Part shown: piece by piece, positions 1 to 14,108 of the stretch
Numbering within the stretch: position 1 is the first letter of the stretch
How the letters are laid out: every line of letters begins with the position of its first letter
From: Bigelowiella natans CCMP2755
Taxonomy: Eukaryota; Protista; Cercozoa
Assembly (NCBI GenBank): GCA_000320545.1
Contig: ADNK01000821.1
Coordinates: forward strand, 1 to 60,681
Reading direction: 5' to 3'
DNA: 60,681 nt
Made by a program: the position numbers and the translations under genes
The notes under the pieces: generated by a model
Told to the model about the DNA's origin: nothing
Seen by the model: only the letters and a program-made list of their open reading frames with translations
Database searches by the model: none

Positions 1-1675
1 TACTCTCTCTGAGCACATGAACCTTGGGAGCGGCGTCCCCGAAGGATCATCTCTCAGCTGTTTCCTTTTCATAACCTATTACGACATTTACGAACATATT
101 ACCAACACAGATTTCCAAATATACTGTGACGACGTTACCCCCTACAAATTGTTTTTCGCCAAACCGATGGGGGAAAATGCAAGATGATATCCAGGCCGAC
201 CTAAACCAAATGACGGACTGGTGCATGAAATGGCGGATGCGATTCAATGGGGACAAGAGCGGGTACCTTATAATTGACAAAAGAAATAAAGCCCACCGAC
301 ACCAAACCTCCTGGAACATCTCTCTCAATCTCCAAGGAAAAATAAAAAGAGTCGACAGCGGCAGATGTCTCGGACTAATCTTCGACAACAAATTAACCTT
401 TGAAAAACATGCTCTTGCTTCTCACCTGAGATTGCAAAAGAAGCGAAGGTTTTTGTTAAGGTTGTGTTATTCCAGACACCTTGTACCGCTAAACGTCAGA
501 CTGAAATTTTACAAATCATGGTTCCTTGCATCCAGCAGATACGCTGCTCCAATATGGAGATCACGAAGAAACATACGAATAAAACAGATGGATTCCATGG
601 AATCCCAAACCCTGAAACGTATATTGGGATTACCTGGATCCATCTCCAACGACGTCCCCCACGTCCTCACTGGCACGTTGCCACCCCGACATCAAACTAA
701 AGTGCAGTGTGCTAAATCATGGTCACGCACTAACGCATGGATCGACACAGGCAGCGGTCCTCAAATCCATGAGGGAATAAATGATTGGAGCAGTTATGGC
801 TTCATCATTGAAAATCGAAAAATGTTGGATGGCACATCGTGGATTGATGTGGCCACACACACGTGGAACAAAGCATCCTTGTTTCGACGGCTCAAATCGA
901 TCACTGACGACTTGTTAGGTGACGAATTGCCCACCGTTTTGGCGACAACAGAGGCGCTGAAAAAAGAACTGAAAAAACATCACAAGGTGATGAAATCTTG
1001 TGCTTTCAACGAATTCGAAGAGGAATGGTCCAATGATTCATTGCGCGCTGTGCATCTCAAGAATCTTGGTTTCCTCCCGTCATCTTCGATCACCGGCATC
1101 AAACTGAAACTTCCAAGTGTTGCTACATCATGGATGCGCGCCATCTGTGGTGTCGGCAATCTTGGCAAATTCATGCTGTCACGTGGACAATGCACAGAGG
1201 AAGATGCCACGTGCGATGCATGTGGCATCCTGAAGGACATGGATCATCTCCTGCAATGTCCAATGCATGGTCGAGAACAAATCAGATTGCGCAATCAAAT
1301 GCGCGCGATCATGAATCGCAACGACGACACGAACCGGTTGACAAAGGCTGAAATTGAATCCAGAACTGCTGCGCGCAGTGCGCGGCAACATCGGTCGCAT
1401 GAGGACGCTTTCAAATGCATGAAACACATTGTGGCAGAAACCAACAGATGCAACATTAGCGCTGTAGCCGCTGCATTGCACAGCTACATCAGGATGACCA
1501 TTGAAAAAATTTGATTCTTCATCACATCCGTCTCATACATAGCGAGATAGCGAGGACGTGTGGCATTGCACATGCCATGTGCAAATGTGTGCATCGTAGC
1601 CACACATGATGAGCAATGTTTAGTTATGTGAGCTACGTAGACACACGCATGTTCGCACACTTATACGAACCACTA

Positions 1676-1709
<34 letters not shown>
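1..1709 (+). mobile_element. Non-LTR retrotransposon (LINE) 3' portion: RT core, thumb, C-terminal CCHC knuckle, 3' UTR ending at (CA)n; cut by window start
   Basis: Frame 2 from nt 2 reads GVPEGSSLSCFLF...FQIYCDD (RT motifs; YCDD at 122-133). Frame 3 (ORF 126-1514) continues with DLNQMTDWCMKWRMRFNGDKS, CLGLIFDNKLTFEKH, RYAAPIW and C-terminal CDACGILKDMDHLLQC. Frameshift between 134 and 187. Confidence 0.9.
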
Positions 1710-1710
<1 letters not shown>

Positions 1711-1850
1711 TAAACACATCAAATATTTGTAATCTGCGAGATCACGATTAACCCGTGGTACTTAAAAAAATCATTTTATCATTTTGTGAAAAGTGAATAT
1801 TGTGTGATTAAAATATCAGGTACAGTGTGAATTCTCACGTCAATAAACAA

Positions 1851-1895
1851 GAGAGAGAGAAAGAGAGAGAAACTCTATACACAGAGTGTACACAC

Positions 1896-1934
<39 letters not shown>

Positions 1935-1954
1935 TGTACGTGTGTGTATATATA

Positions 1955-2002
<48 letters not shown>

Positions 2003-2006
2003 TGTA
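1851..2006. repeat. Compound microsatellite (GA)n-(TA)n-(TG)n
   Basis: Directly visible dinucleotide runs between the LINE tail and the RPS29 3' end. Confidence 0.95.
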
Positions 2007-2200
2007 TAAATTTAACAATCTAATGAGTAAGGGAATACAGAGTTTCAAGTAAAACAATAGCTACATATTACACACTTCGTACGATCGCATTCCACACTAA
2101 ATTTTCCAAATTGTGCAAATATTATGCTTTGTTAATCGTTCGCACGAAGATATTTAAATGAGGCGGGCAGGCATAGCTTGCGTTATGGTGAGCATGAGCC

Positions 2201-2407
2201 TTAGTTGTATTTCTTGAACCCAATGTTCTTAGCCCTCTCACGGAAGCAACGTCTGCAGATGTCGAGACCGTACTTTCTAATAAGCCCTTGACGAGCTCCA
2301 CATACCCTGCAAGAGCGGCTTCCCTTTCCAAATTTACGAGAATGAGCGTACCAGGTCTTTTGGACGCGTTTGAAATGGTTTGAATCGATCTTTTGGCCGC
2401 TGAACAT
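2201..2407 (-). CDS. RPS29: 40S ribosomal protein S29 (uS14); probable 5'UTR intron 2418-2583
   Basis: [49 protein letters not shown] matches the uS14 zinc-finger signature. A GT...TTCTACAG intron lies just upstream of the ATG. Confidence 0.95.
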   Translation of the reverse strand: MFSGQKIDSNHFKRVQKTWYAHSRKFGKGSRSCRVCGARQGLIRKYGLDICRRCFRERAKNIGFKKYN

Positions 2408-3024
2408 CTTGTATTTGCTGTAGAAGAAAAGAGGGATAAGTACAAATGAGACACCATGTGTGTGTAGGTTGGATTAGACAAAAATATGTTTTGAATGCAT
2501 ATCAATTGAATGGATTATTCATGGGCTCATTCACGCACAGCACAGGTGGTGAGAGGGGGATGCAGGAGAGGGCGCGGGCCTACCGGAGAAAATACGTTGT
2601 AAGGTTGCTAAAGTTAAATAAATGGGGGTAATTTCATACTGCGTCTAAGAAATCGGAATTATCTCCGCTGCAGATCGGCGAAATTTATTAAACGTCGATT
2701 TTTAATAAACGACAACTTTTGCAGAGGTGCAACAGAGGAATTCTCCGAGGATTCTGTGTACAAGTTCGGATACCAAGAGCTGGTTGATTCCCTCAGATTT
2801 GGGTTGTTTTCCCGCAATTTAAATCGCAGCGACATCGAATGTACCGCCGATTTACTAGTTTACGGGGCTCGTTTGACATGGTTGACTATAGGTTGATAAC
2901 ACGAATTCCATTTGATTTTATCATTGCGACATTGTATTCGAGTTGTCTCATAGTAATGACTTGAAGGCGCGTCAGAATTTGCAAATGGGAGACGGCTGGG
3001 TTCCAAAAGAAAGAGTCTGAAGAC

Positions 3025-4402
3025 ATGCTGGAGCTACTCAAGTCCCACCGGATCACCCCAGAATTATGCCGGAAGGATGCAAATCGGCGCTACGATAGCA
3101 AAGAGCTTGATGGGGACTTCGACAGGTGAGTGCAATCGGAAAGTGGGGAGGGCGGCACCGATATCTGAATAATTCCGAGGCACGCTCTGAGTGCTTTCAC
3201 TGAAATCAGATTGAAGGTCTCGACGGACTCGAATGTCACTTCCGTCATCAAATCAGTGTCAGGTCTAAGATGTCCGCACAATTAAACTAAAGAGTTTATA
3301 CACTGCAATTGCAGCCTGCTGTCTTTGTCAATGAGCTGCTGCATTGGCGCAAATATCCGTGTTAGAGTATGTTTTCACCGTCATCATCATCATGATAAAT
3401 ACATCGTTGTTATCAGGGTCACGAAGAGAGAGTATTCGTTTCTCGGACCGCCTATTGAAGACGAATAAGAGAGGTATCTATCTTCTGGAAAAGTACATGT
3501 TTAGATAGCGCCAATTAGGTCATATTACCATTTCCTAGTCCCCCATCACTGTTGTAGGAACTGCAATGTCGAAAAGCAACACCGCGTTAGTACGCCGATG
3601 CAGAATCTATGTGTCACCGCTGAAGAGATTCTCTCTGCCTTGTTCTTACGACGCTGCGGTGTGCGTGCGTGTGTGTGTTGTGTACAGGGAAGGAGCAGGA
3701 GCGAGATTTAGTCGTAACAGAACGAGCGCTGTACAACTTCCGGAGGGTATTTTTTAAATTGCATTATCTTTTCAGGATGTGCAGTCCTCAATTTTTATTT
3801 TCCTCCTGATTTCTCTCCTTTACCCATCTCATTCTACCTGGAATCGTTCCCCTTCTTTAACCACATCGGCAGGGTATGCTCGGGATGCAATGCCAACGCC
3901 GCATACCGTTGGAGAAGATAACGGTCATCATCGCTTCTCGGGTGATGATAATCATTGAAATATCATATCTCGATGTTGCCAAGAACTACTGGGAATTGTC
4001 CACACCTTTGCACACTAGATCCTCCTTTCCTCCCCTCCCTCCTTCATTTTCCGAAACACCTCTCCTCTTCTGCGAAAATGCCTGAAATCCTATGCAGACG
4101 ACCCCAGAGTTTCTTCTCTGTGCGCGAAAGGAGCATCGAGGCGACTATAGATTGCAAGTACCTGCAACACACACACATCCACACACACACACACACACTC
4201 AGAGAGAGAGGGGGGGGGAGGGAGGGGAGTAAAAGAGATGAAAATGAAGGACACCCCTTGACTGTCCTGCTCCTCCTTTTCAGTACGCACAGAAGTCCCT
4301 TCTGATCGCCATGATTGCGCGGTACCGACCTCGCACCCACATACCGCTGTGCATCGTCTGGTCAGATGATACGGTGGGTAACTTCATATCTACCACTACT
4401 AT

Positions 4403-4441
<39 letters not shown>

Positions 4442-5399
4442 CACAAACACACACACATTAGAAGAAGTGGCATCGTTAGTATAGAAACGCCCGCCAAACA
4501 TGCCTCCGTATACCCCTTCGTCGCTCAGTTCTTCCTCTCGACGAGGCGAAAATTAATGCTGTAATGATGTGTGCTGCTCACGAAGGAATTCGAGCACGTA
4601 TGCATCCAGGAGGACGATGTGGCCGAGACCCGCCGCACAAAAGGCGTCAAACAGATGCTCATGTGCCCGAAGAAGCTCCGAGAGTTTGCGCTCCGAAGCA
4701 ACACCCATTTGGTAGTAGTCAACCGCCTGAGAGGGGTGGTGGTGGAGGGGGGGTTGAATAAATTAGGTGGATGTTAAATGAATGAGGTGGACAACGCTGA
4801 GATCTTGCCTATTCTCCTTCTTCTTCTTCTTCCATAAAGGGTATAAAGTTGGACGGGGTTACAGTTAAGGACGTCTACGAGGGCAAAGAAGCGCACAGAG
4901 TTGGGCTCCGACGAGGCATGATTATATGCTCAATCGGGGGCTCGCAGATGCCTCCGGTATACACTGCTACTGCTGCTACTACTTGCAAAACTGCTCATCC
5001 GTGATATAAGATAAATAAGAAAGAAAGTAATGTTCCACGAAGCATGAGGCAACGACCCTGCTTCAGGCGTTAACTCACTACTGCGATACATCACAGTGGA
5101 TCGTCTCTGTTTTCTCCTCCTCAAGACGTCGATCTCACAACCGCCTCCCCCCCCCCCCCCTTCCTTCCTCCATCCCTTTCTATTCTGTCGCTAACCACGT
5201 ACAGGGTGCCTCAAATGAGGAGATCGCACGCGTCATCAAAGGGTATGCAAATCTCCACAAAAAACTATTTTGCATGCCAGCGCAAAGAAGCTACCTATTT
5301 ACACCCCAATACAAGCAATCCAATCAACGTTGGCGAAGAAGAAACCAAGATAAAAACAATATACTTATTTATTCGCCCTTGTGTAAAATACATATAGAT

Positions 5400-5470
<71 letters not shown>

Positions 5471-6987
5471 CATATTAACTAGCATGAAGAAGTCGCGTCC
5501 AAGCTTCACGGTCAAGGCGTATCAGTTGGAACCTCTCGGTGTCTCCTCCTCCTCCTCCTCCACCACCACCTCCTCCACCTCGGAAAGTGCAACTACCACT
5601 CCTACTACTACTACCTCTCACATCGGTGATACAATGCTCCCGCCCCAAGTTGCTCCGGCACGCCGCCATAGTATTGGGTCACGTGAAAGTCCTTCCTCCT
5701 CCTCCCCCTCCTCCTCCTCCACCTCCTCCACAAAACGGCGAATGACCGTCATGGATGCTCCGATGCCACGTAGCCCGAACTACCTTCCGCCCGGCGTCAA
5801 CACAGCTGCGGCAGCAGCATCAGCCGCAAAGACGAAGAAGCGGGGAGGGGGCGGGGCGGGTTATTCTTCTTTCCACCGGAAAAGGGAAAAGAAGGCAGAG
5901 GCGGGGAGCGAGGAGGATGCGGAGGAGACGTATCGTGGCGACGTCAGCATGGACGACGACGAGCCTGCGCGAGAGTCGCGGTTTGAGAGGACAGGGAAGG
6001 GGTATGCTGGGGGGGGGGGGGACACTGGAGTGCGGTCCGATACGACGGGATCATATCGAATGCGAGTACCTCCGAGCAGCAACGGTTGCTATATTTTATT
6101 ATAATCAATCCGCCCCCACCCCGCTCCTCCTCCTCCTCCTCCACCAACAACTCCTCCTCCCCATCGCTTCTCTCACGCCTACCCCCTCAACCTAACACTC
6201 AGGTGTCCGAAGAATAGGAGGAGGAGGAGAGTCACTGGCCGCCACCACAGCCGCAGATGTAAGGGGGAGGAGACGGAGGGAGGAGGCGGAGGAGAGAAAG
6301 GAAGAGGAGCAGAGGAAGAGGATTGCGAAAGCGGTGGAGGTAAAATGATGCCACTGATGATGAAGATGATGATGGTGGTAGTGGTGGTGGTGGTGGTGAG
6401 CGTGCTCTTGGATTTCATATACACACCCCTGCTGATGTGATCAACAGAGAGCCCACACCATGTCTCCATGCCATCATTATTAACCTCATATGATCTCGTT
6501 GCCATCATCTTCGCCTGTTATGGCTACTTCTTCTATAGCTAATGAGTATTTTATTATTTTTCTATCATTTATTACTATTGCAACTACTATCGATAACTTG
6601 GGCGGTTGTTGGCTACCTACCTAGGCTGCACGAAAGGAGATGAAGAGAGAATTCGAGGAGGAGAAGAAGATGCTCATGCAAACGATAGAAGCGAAGGCCG
6701 AGTCCCTCGCCGCCGACAAGGCAACACTTAATCCATTTCCCCATCCTTTCATCTACCACCCATCGTCATATGCAGACACGACAACGCCTGTAGTGGTGGA
6801 GAAGGCGGTGAGGGAGAGGCAAGAGGAGAGAGACGCAAAACGGGCTGCTTCTCATTGAAACACTCCTAATTCTGCATCTGCTGCTCACTTCCTGTCTATA
6901 CTCCTCCCCCCTCTCTCTCTCGCAACTACACACGCATGCACACAAACACACACGCACACACTATCACACATGATTTCCACTCGATCC

Positions 6988-7024
<37 letters not shown>

Positions 7025-7065
7025 AGTCGCTCACTACTCGGTCTTGTTGCGTGGCTGTGTGTGAG

Positions 7066-7099
<34 letters not shown>

Positions 7100-8013
7100 T
7101 TCATCATCATCATCGTCATCATAGGTGCAGCAAACGAAGGAGCGTCTGTTAGAGGCGGCCAACGCAGAAGCCAAGCTCGAGATGGCGACGAACCTCAAGG
7201 CTCTCAAGAAACAACTCAAAGCGCAGTTGGAGAAACGGTCTGTCAGAGGCCCCATCCTCCCCCACCCTTCTTCGTGCCTCTATTTTTCCTCCCCCCCTCC
7301 CCCACCCCACCCTCTGACGTAGATGCTTGCCCCCGTGATGAGTGGGCGTGGGACAACAATCACGAGTTGGAGATCATCCTCCTCCTCCTCTCATCTAAAC
7401 ATGATGACCAAAATCCTTCCTTCTACTCCTCCTCTCCCCTGCCGAACCGCAGCGTGAAAGAGCAGTTTGCGAAGAAGCTGACAAAGCAGGTGGGGGGGGC
7501 GGACATTGCCCAGCTGGATAGATATGGCCTTCTCATCAAGTTACAAGAGGTGAAGTTGTCGCTTGTTGTTTGTTGTTTGTTGTTGTTGTTGTTGTTGTTT
7601 GTTGTTGTTCTCACGCATATATTACTACTGCTGCTGCCCCTCAGACGCAGCATATCCTCGAGCACGAAAAGAGCATGATGCAGCACCAACATAAGCAGAA
7701 GATCGCGTCCCTGAGAAACACCATTCTCGTGAGGGAGAAGGAAAACGGCCAGATGAACGTCAAAAACAAAGCGGTTGCTTCTTCATTTACTTCTGTGCTA
7801 ACACAAGTTCCCTCACTTGCTGCTTGCTGCTTGCTAATGGTGGCGGTGGTGGTGGTGTGGGCTGGCGCTACAAATGGCCACGTGTCTTGATGAGGGTCAC
7901 TGTGTGGTGATGATGTTGGTGATGATGATTATGATGAAAAAGGGCTTTTGGGGGGTTGACATCGATAGAGAGCCTAAATGCCACCTCCCTCCCTCTCGCT
8001 ACTACTCTTCCAA

Positions 8014-8063
<50 letters not shown>

Positions 8064-8945
8064 GTCGTCGTCATCCTTTGTAACAAATAATGATTGTTCT
8101 CCTCACCAGCTTAAGGGCCGTGTAGCGGAGCTCGAAAAGCGCGTGTCGCAGCTGTGTGCTGCTGCCGCACAGGTGGTGATGACAGAATTGATGATTCTGT
8201 GGTTTCTCCTCCTCCTCCTCCTCCTCCTCGTCGTCGTCTTTGTCCTCCTGCTCCTCCTACCCTGAAAAACACACTTGACACTACGCACGCGCACACCCAT
8301 ATATACAACGCAATCAATGCCTTCTCGTCGTCATCCTTTCCATTAGGCGAAAGCAGCATCTGCAGCTAGCTCTGCCGGTACAGCTGAGTCGGTCCCAGCG
8401 CCATTATCTTCGTCATCGTCGTCAGCATCAGCAGCAGCAGCGCAACAATCATCATCGACAACAACGTCGGAGAAACGGCATCATGCGACCACGCTGCCAA
8501 GCAAAGATAAGGACGGCGAGGAGAAAGGAACACCGAAAGCAGCAGTAGCATCATCGTCATCTTCCCCGGGTAATATGATGATGGTTCTCCGTCGCGCCCT
8601 CCTCCTCCTACTCCTCCTCCTCCTCAGTATCATCGCAGCATGAGCAGTTTCACAGTAGCCACCCCCATCCCCCACCCTAACGCTCATTTAAACTCCTTGC
8701 ACGCACAACAGATCTTGGGGTCAACTTAGTCCGTGACTTCTCAAGGAGGGTGTCCAGAGGTACGATGTTGCCGTGTATACGTTTTTCGAGGGGGGGGGGG
8801 GGGGAGAAGGGGGGGACTGTGGGAATAGAAAGCGAGGATTTCAGTCACCCTGCAGGACTTATCCAAGATGGCAAAATCATCTGTTGGTATTCTGTATGTT
8901 CTGTGCAGTGTGATGTGGTATTGTCCGCAAACGGCAACAATCGCT

Positions 8946-8979
<34 letters not shown>

Positions 8980-9345
8980 GTGCTAATCGTGACGTGTTAA
9001 GCATAGTTGGCTCTATTTCTCCAATGCGATCTTCTTGACCCATCACGACACTCCCTCCCCCTCCTTCTCCTGCTCTTTGCTTATTTGTTGGCATCATCAT
9101 CATCATCATCATCACCACCACCACCATCTCAGTTCTCGGAACATCCTTCTCACCGAGGTTCGTCTCTCTTTGTTTCCTCCCTGTTAACGGTGGTGATGGT
9201 GGTGTGTGCGTGTGCGTGTGCGTGTGCGTGTGCGTGTGCGTGTGTGTGTGTGTGCCACTGGCTGTGTGCTGTTGGGCTGCTTGTCTACAGCACCACTACG
9301 CAATGCTCATTGAAATTAACAGCTTTCGTTCATCGTAGATCGCAC

Positions 9346-9389
<44 letters not shown>

Positions 9390-10079
9390 AATATAATGCA
9401 CTAACAGATACACACAACATCTTCCCCTTCCTCTCCCTGCAGAGATGACAGCACAGTGGGCAGCAATTACCTTTCGCGCGACAACAGTTTCTCCTTTGAG
9501 GTGAAGAGCTCTCCGAAGAAGTATCACATCGATTTCATCGAGACCCAGGTAGTAGGCGCTACGGTTGGAATATGCTCGGTTGCTAGTGAATAATGATGAT
9601 GGTGATGATGGTATAAACGAGGGAATTGCAACAACGCAGCGAAAGCACTCCCCCCTCCCCCTCTTGAGAATGGATTTCATGATAACAACGAAAGGTTGAA
9701 AAGTTCCATGAGCGACTCGATCGTTACGGGGCTATTCTACGCAATGCACATCAAGTTTTCAGAAAAGGTCGTCGGGTTGCATATATCACCGATAGCACCG
9801 ATAATAACTACTATCATCACCCTAATACTCCTCGCCGTGTCTATATAGCAGCAATCAGGTGTATAGATCCCGTATTCCCCTTCTCTCCTCCCCCTCCTCT
9901 CTCCTCACCGTCGTCGTCCTCGTCGTCTCCTTCCGTTGTGTCTGGTGAACCATTCAGTGAGTGAGGGGGAGAGAAACCAATCCTTCAACGTGCAGCGCGC
10001 TGTGGATGCGGAGCGATCGAGAATGAGGAACGGTAGGAGAGACGACGAAAACAACAACAACAACAACAACAACAACTGA
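3025..10079 (+). CDS. Multi-exon protein: N-terminal myosin TH1-like domain, PDZ domain, Ser-rich low-complexity region, coiled coil
   Basis: Spliced exons give IRFSDRLLKTNKRG, CQRRIPLEKIT and EFLLCARKEHRGDYRL (TH1-like), then LGIKLDGVTVKDVYEGKEAHRVGLRRGMIICSIGG...NEEIARVIK (PDZ), then heptad-rich exons (LKGRVAELEKRVSQL). Start and end are approximate. Confidence 0.7.
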
Positions 10080-10346
10080 TGATGACGACGATGACAAATC
10101 ATTATCATCGGACCTCTACTAAGCAATAATATGGTGTTTTGCTGGGAACCTGCCCCCCCCCCCCCCCCCCCGCCGCTCTGGAACATCATCAAAATCTTGG
10201 TGTTTGATGATTATATGATAATAATCAATCAAATGGAATGAACCCAACCATGGGTGTGTTATTTGTCCATATTTTTTTTTAACACTTTGGCTTCGTTGCC
10301 GTGGGTTCGATGTATATATATATTGATAATATCAATCGGGGAATAA

Positions 10347-10882
10347 ATGAATGGCTGCCAACAAGGCAACATCTTCGGTGGAAATTCGTCTCTGAACAAC
10401 TATCGTCGTATGATGAAGAAAGAATAAATGATTGATTGATTGATTGATTGATTTATTGCGGAGAGCACGACCTGATCACAGAGACTGCTTCTCACCTGGC
10501 ACTAAATTATAAGGATGAGAATACACAGCAGCGCTCGCCGTGTATATCGACGCTATTGCCATCATGATCATCGTTTGTTGCCGCCGTCATCGTCATCGTC
10601 TCCTCCTCCTCCTCCTCCTCCTCCTCCTCCTCCTCCTCCTTCCCCCCCCTCCGATGATCTTTGACATTCCATCATCAGAATCCGCGCTATTTCGGGAGAG
10701 CTCTTTGTGGAGAATGTGGGACGCGTCTCTTCAAATCGTAGGGCAGACAATGGCGTACAAAACGCAGTTGGCAAGGGAATTGCTCACGAGGGTAATAATA
10801 ACCGCATGGTGTGCCTTCTGCCTCTTTTCCTCACTCTTTCGCTCGCTTTGGGTCACTACCCTGACCGCGCACACGCTATCGG

Positions 10883-10913
<31 letters not shown>

Positions 10914-11441
10914 AGCATCAACATCACCAGCAGCATCCTAGAGATTGTTATGGTGATTATCACCACCACCACCACCACCCTAACGTCGCACGATGCCTCT
11001 AGGTCGCTGAGCCTATCCGTGGTTTTGGCATAGAAATGAGCCTCGTGCAGAAGGACCTCAAAGCAAAGAGTAGTAGTAGTAGTAGTAGTAGTAGCCGTAA
11101 CATCGCCCCCGTACCCCTCCCCTCCCCTCCCACCGTCTCCTCGTCATCCTCTCAACCGAATGAAAAACTCCCCTTAGTCGCCAAGATCAACTCCGATGAA
11201 GAGCGGGAACTGAATGCTATCTCCAAGCACCTGGAAGCATGCAGGAGAGCGGTCAAAAACTGCTCCAAGGCACAGAAGGCGATTGAGGCAGCAGCTGCTC
11301 AGCAGAAAGGGGGAGGGGGTGGAGGAAGAAGAAGGGACTCAACGACATCGGTGGGATGATGATGCTGATGATGATGATGATGATGATTAGTAGTAGTAGT
11401 AGTAGTAGTAGTAGTTGAAGAAGAGACGATACAGCGAAATA

Positions 11442-11491
<50 letters not shown>

Positions 11492-11678
11492 GCGTGCGTG
11501 CGCGTGTACGTGCGTGTACAAACTCGCTCATATTCCCCCCCTTTCGTCCTTCCACTGCCCTCCTCTCATTCTTTCTGGGTTGTTGTTGCACAGACGTCGT
11601 GGTTTTCACGTGTGACCACGCTAGAAGACGAGAAAAAGCTAAGAAAACTGCTCGTCGCCCACGTACGACACACACACA

Positions 11679-11709
<31 letters not shown>

Positions 11710-12415
11710 GCGTAAAGCAGAGAGCATTCCTCTCTACGAACTTCAATATTGCTATAAATCCATAGTAGTCGGCAGAAGTAGTAGCAGTAGCAGTTTTACC
11801 AATAAAGAGCGCGCAGAGGAAGAACCTAACCTGCATACGGCACAACACAGCCCCCCTCCCCCCCGTGCTACCAACTCGTCTGTCCGTAATACACAACACG
11901 TGCAAAGGTGGAGAACTACGAGCGCAAGATCGCAGCCTCAAACGAGAAGAGATCCACGTCAGTCGTAGTAATAGTAGTAGTAGTAGTAGTAGTAGTAGTA
12001 CCAGTATCAGAAACAGTAAGAGTGGTATAGAGGATGTGATAGGCCATTTAACTACTTGTGATTAAGACTCCACTATTCACGCTGCCGCCCTCGAAGAGCC
12101 CTCCCCTCCCCCCTCCCCTTCCCCCCCGCCCTGATTATTTCTTCTTTCTTCTTTCTACAACCTCCTACAACAGCTTCCACAAACTTCGGGTTGAGGCGTG
12201 TTACAAATACCAGCACGTCGAGACTGAGATCGCTCAAAAGCTGCTGGGAGCAATTCAAGGTGGGTGAACGCTGCTGCTGCTGCTGCTGCTATTACTTCCC
12301 TGCTGCCGATGCATGGTGGCTACGACACTGCGACAGCGCCATAGCAAAAAGAGAATTAGAGAGAAGGAGAGACCGATGTTTTTGTGTATCGAAATGTGTG
12401 CGCGTGCGTGTGTGC

Positions 12416-12448
<33 letters not shown>

Positions 12449-12701
12449 ACCCCCCTTTTCATTCCTACTCTCTGTCCTTTGTTAACGTCTGTGTTTCTTC
12501 CTCCTCGTGTGTGTGTGTGTGTGTGGCCTTGCTCCCCCTCTTCTTCGTTGCCCCCTCCCTCCCCCTTCGCAGTATTTTTGGTCGCACAAAAGGACGCTCT
12601 GACGCTCATGCGGGAGCAATGGTAATAGTGTAAGTGGACGAGGGGCGGCAGTACCAACAATTGTGATACAGATCATGTGATGTGATGCGTTTGTGTGTGT
12701 G

Positions 12702-12749
<48 letters not shown>

Positions 12750-12836
12750 TAGTTGGTTTCCAAGGCATCATCATGATCATCATCATCATCCAAACTACGT
12801 CAGTACCACAGTACTCCTCCCTAAACTACTGTCGTG

Positions 12837-12869
<33 letters not shown>

Positions 12870-12933
12870 ATGCTGTCGTCAGCTTGACCCTGAAGGAGGT
12901 GGTGCAGTCTACGTCGCTGCCAACGTAACAAAG

Positions 12934-12968
<35 letters not shown>

Positions 12969-13009
12969 TATTTCAATAGACTATCATCATCATCGTCGTC
13001 ACCGGTGTG

Positions 13010-13044
<35 letters not shown>

Positions 13045-14074
13045 GTATCCCAAATGGGAGGAAGTCCCTCTACGGTACATAGTGTGGCTAAGAATAATGC
13101 TTCACCACACGCACAACACTACATACTGGAGCTAAGAATAATGCTTCACCACACGCACAACACCACTTCTACTACTACTGCTACTGACCACTGCCATGTC
13201 CTCCTGCTGACAACACGTTTGGATACTGCATGTTACTGATAGCGCCTACACAAATAGAAGTCTACACATAATCGATATTTTCGTCTCTTCTCTCCCCTCT
13301 CCCCTCCCTCCCTGCTCGCTATCGTTGTTCTTCTCTGATTTCTTTCTCCATCCTGCTCTTCTTCAGGCGCGAGCCTGTGTCGTACGGGTTGAACGTGGGG
13401 CTTTACGATATCAAACACGGCGTCTACGAGTCGCTCCCTATGCTCGCCGTATTCCACACTTCGATCAGCAGCCAACTTGACGTGCAGCGTCAAATCGTCG
13501 GCGAGGGAGGGGAGGGGGGGGAGGAGGCGAAGAAGGAGAAGAAGAAGAAGAAGAAGAAGAAGAAGACGGAGGAGGAGGGGCTCGACAAAGGAGAGGAGGA
13601 GGAGGATAGTGAGGAGAACAAGAGGGGGGGAGGGGATAAGGAAGATGCAGCAGCAGCAGCAGCAGGAGGAGGAGGAGGAGGAGGGGAGTCATCAGCAGCC
13701 GAAGATGATCTTGATGATGATGATGCTGATGATGATGACAAGCAAGCAGAAACCAGGTACCTCTTTCAACCGTAACGGAATAACACGGGGGAGGACGAGT
13801 TCTAACACGTGCGCTACTGCCGTTTGGTTTATCATATGCTGCTTTATGAATACAGTGCATCATCGCTACCGAACCAGCAGCAAGGCCACAAGGAGGGGGA
13901 GGCGGAGGCAGAGGCAGAGGCGAGTGATGATGCTGATGAATCCAGCAGCAGCAGCAGCAGCAGCAGCATTAATGAGAGGATGGTGGCGATACCTGTCGCT
14001 CTCGAGATGCTAAGTCCCTTCGTGGAGAAGGTAAGGATCGTAGACGAGGAATGGAAGGATGGGGGATGATAATG

Positions 14075-14108
<34 letters not shown>

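Noticed and set aside
7861-7895. Possible exon LALQMATCLDE with GG boundaries
   Set aside because: A single GT-AG intron 7774-8109 gives a clean NKA|LKGRVAELEK, so no non-canonical sites are needed.
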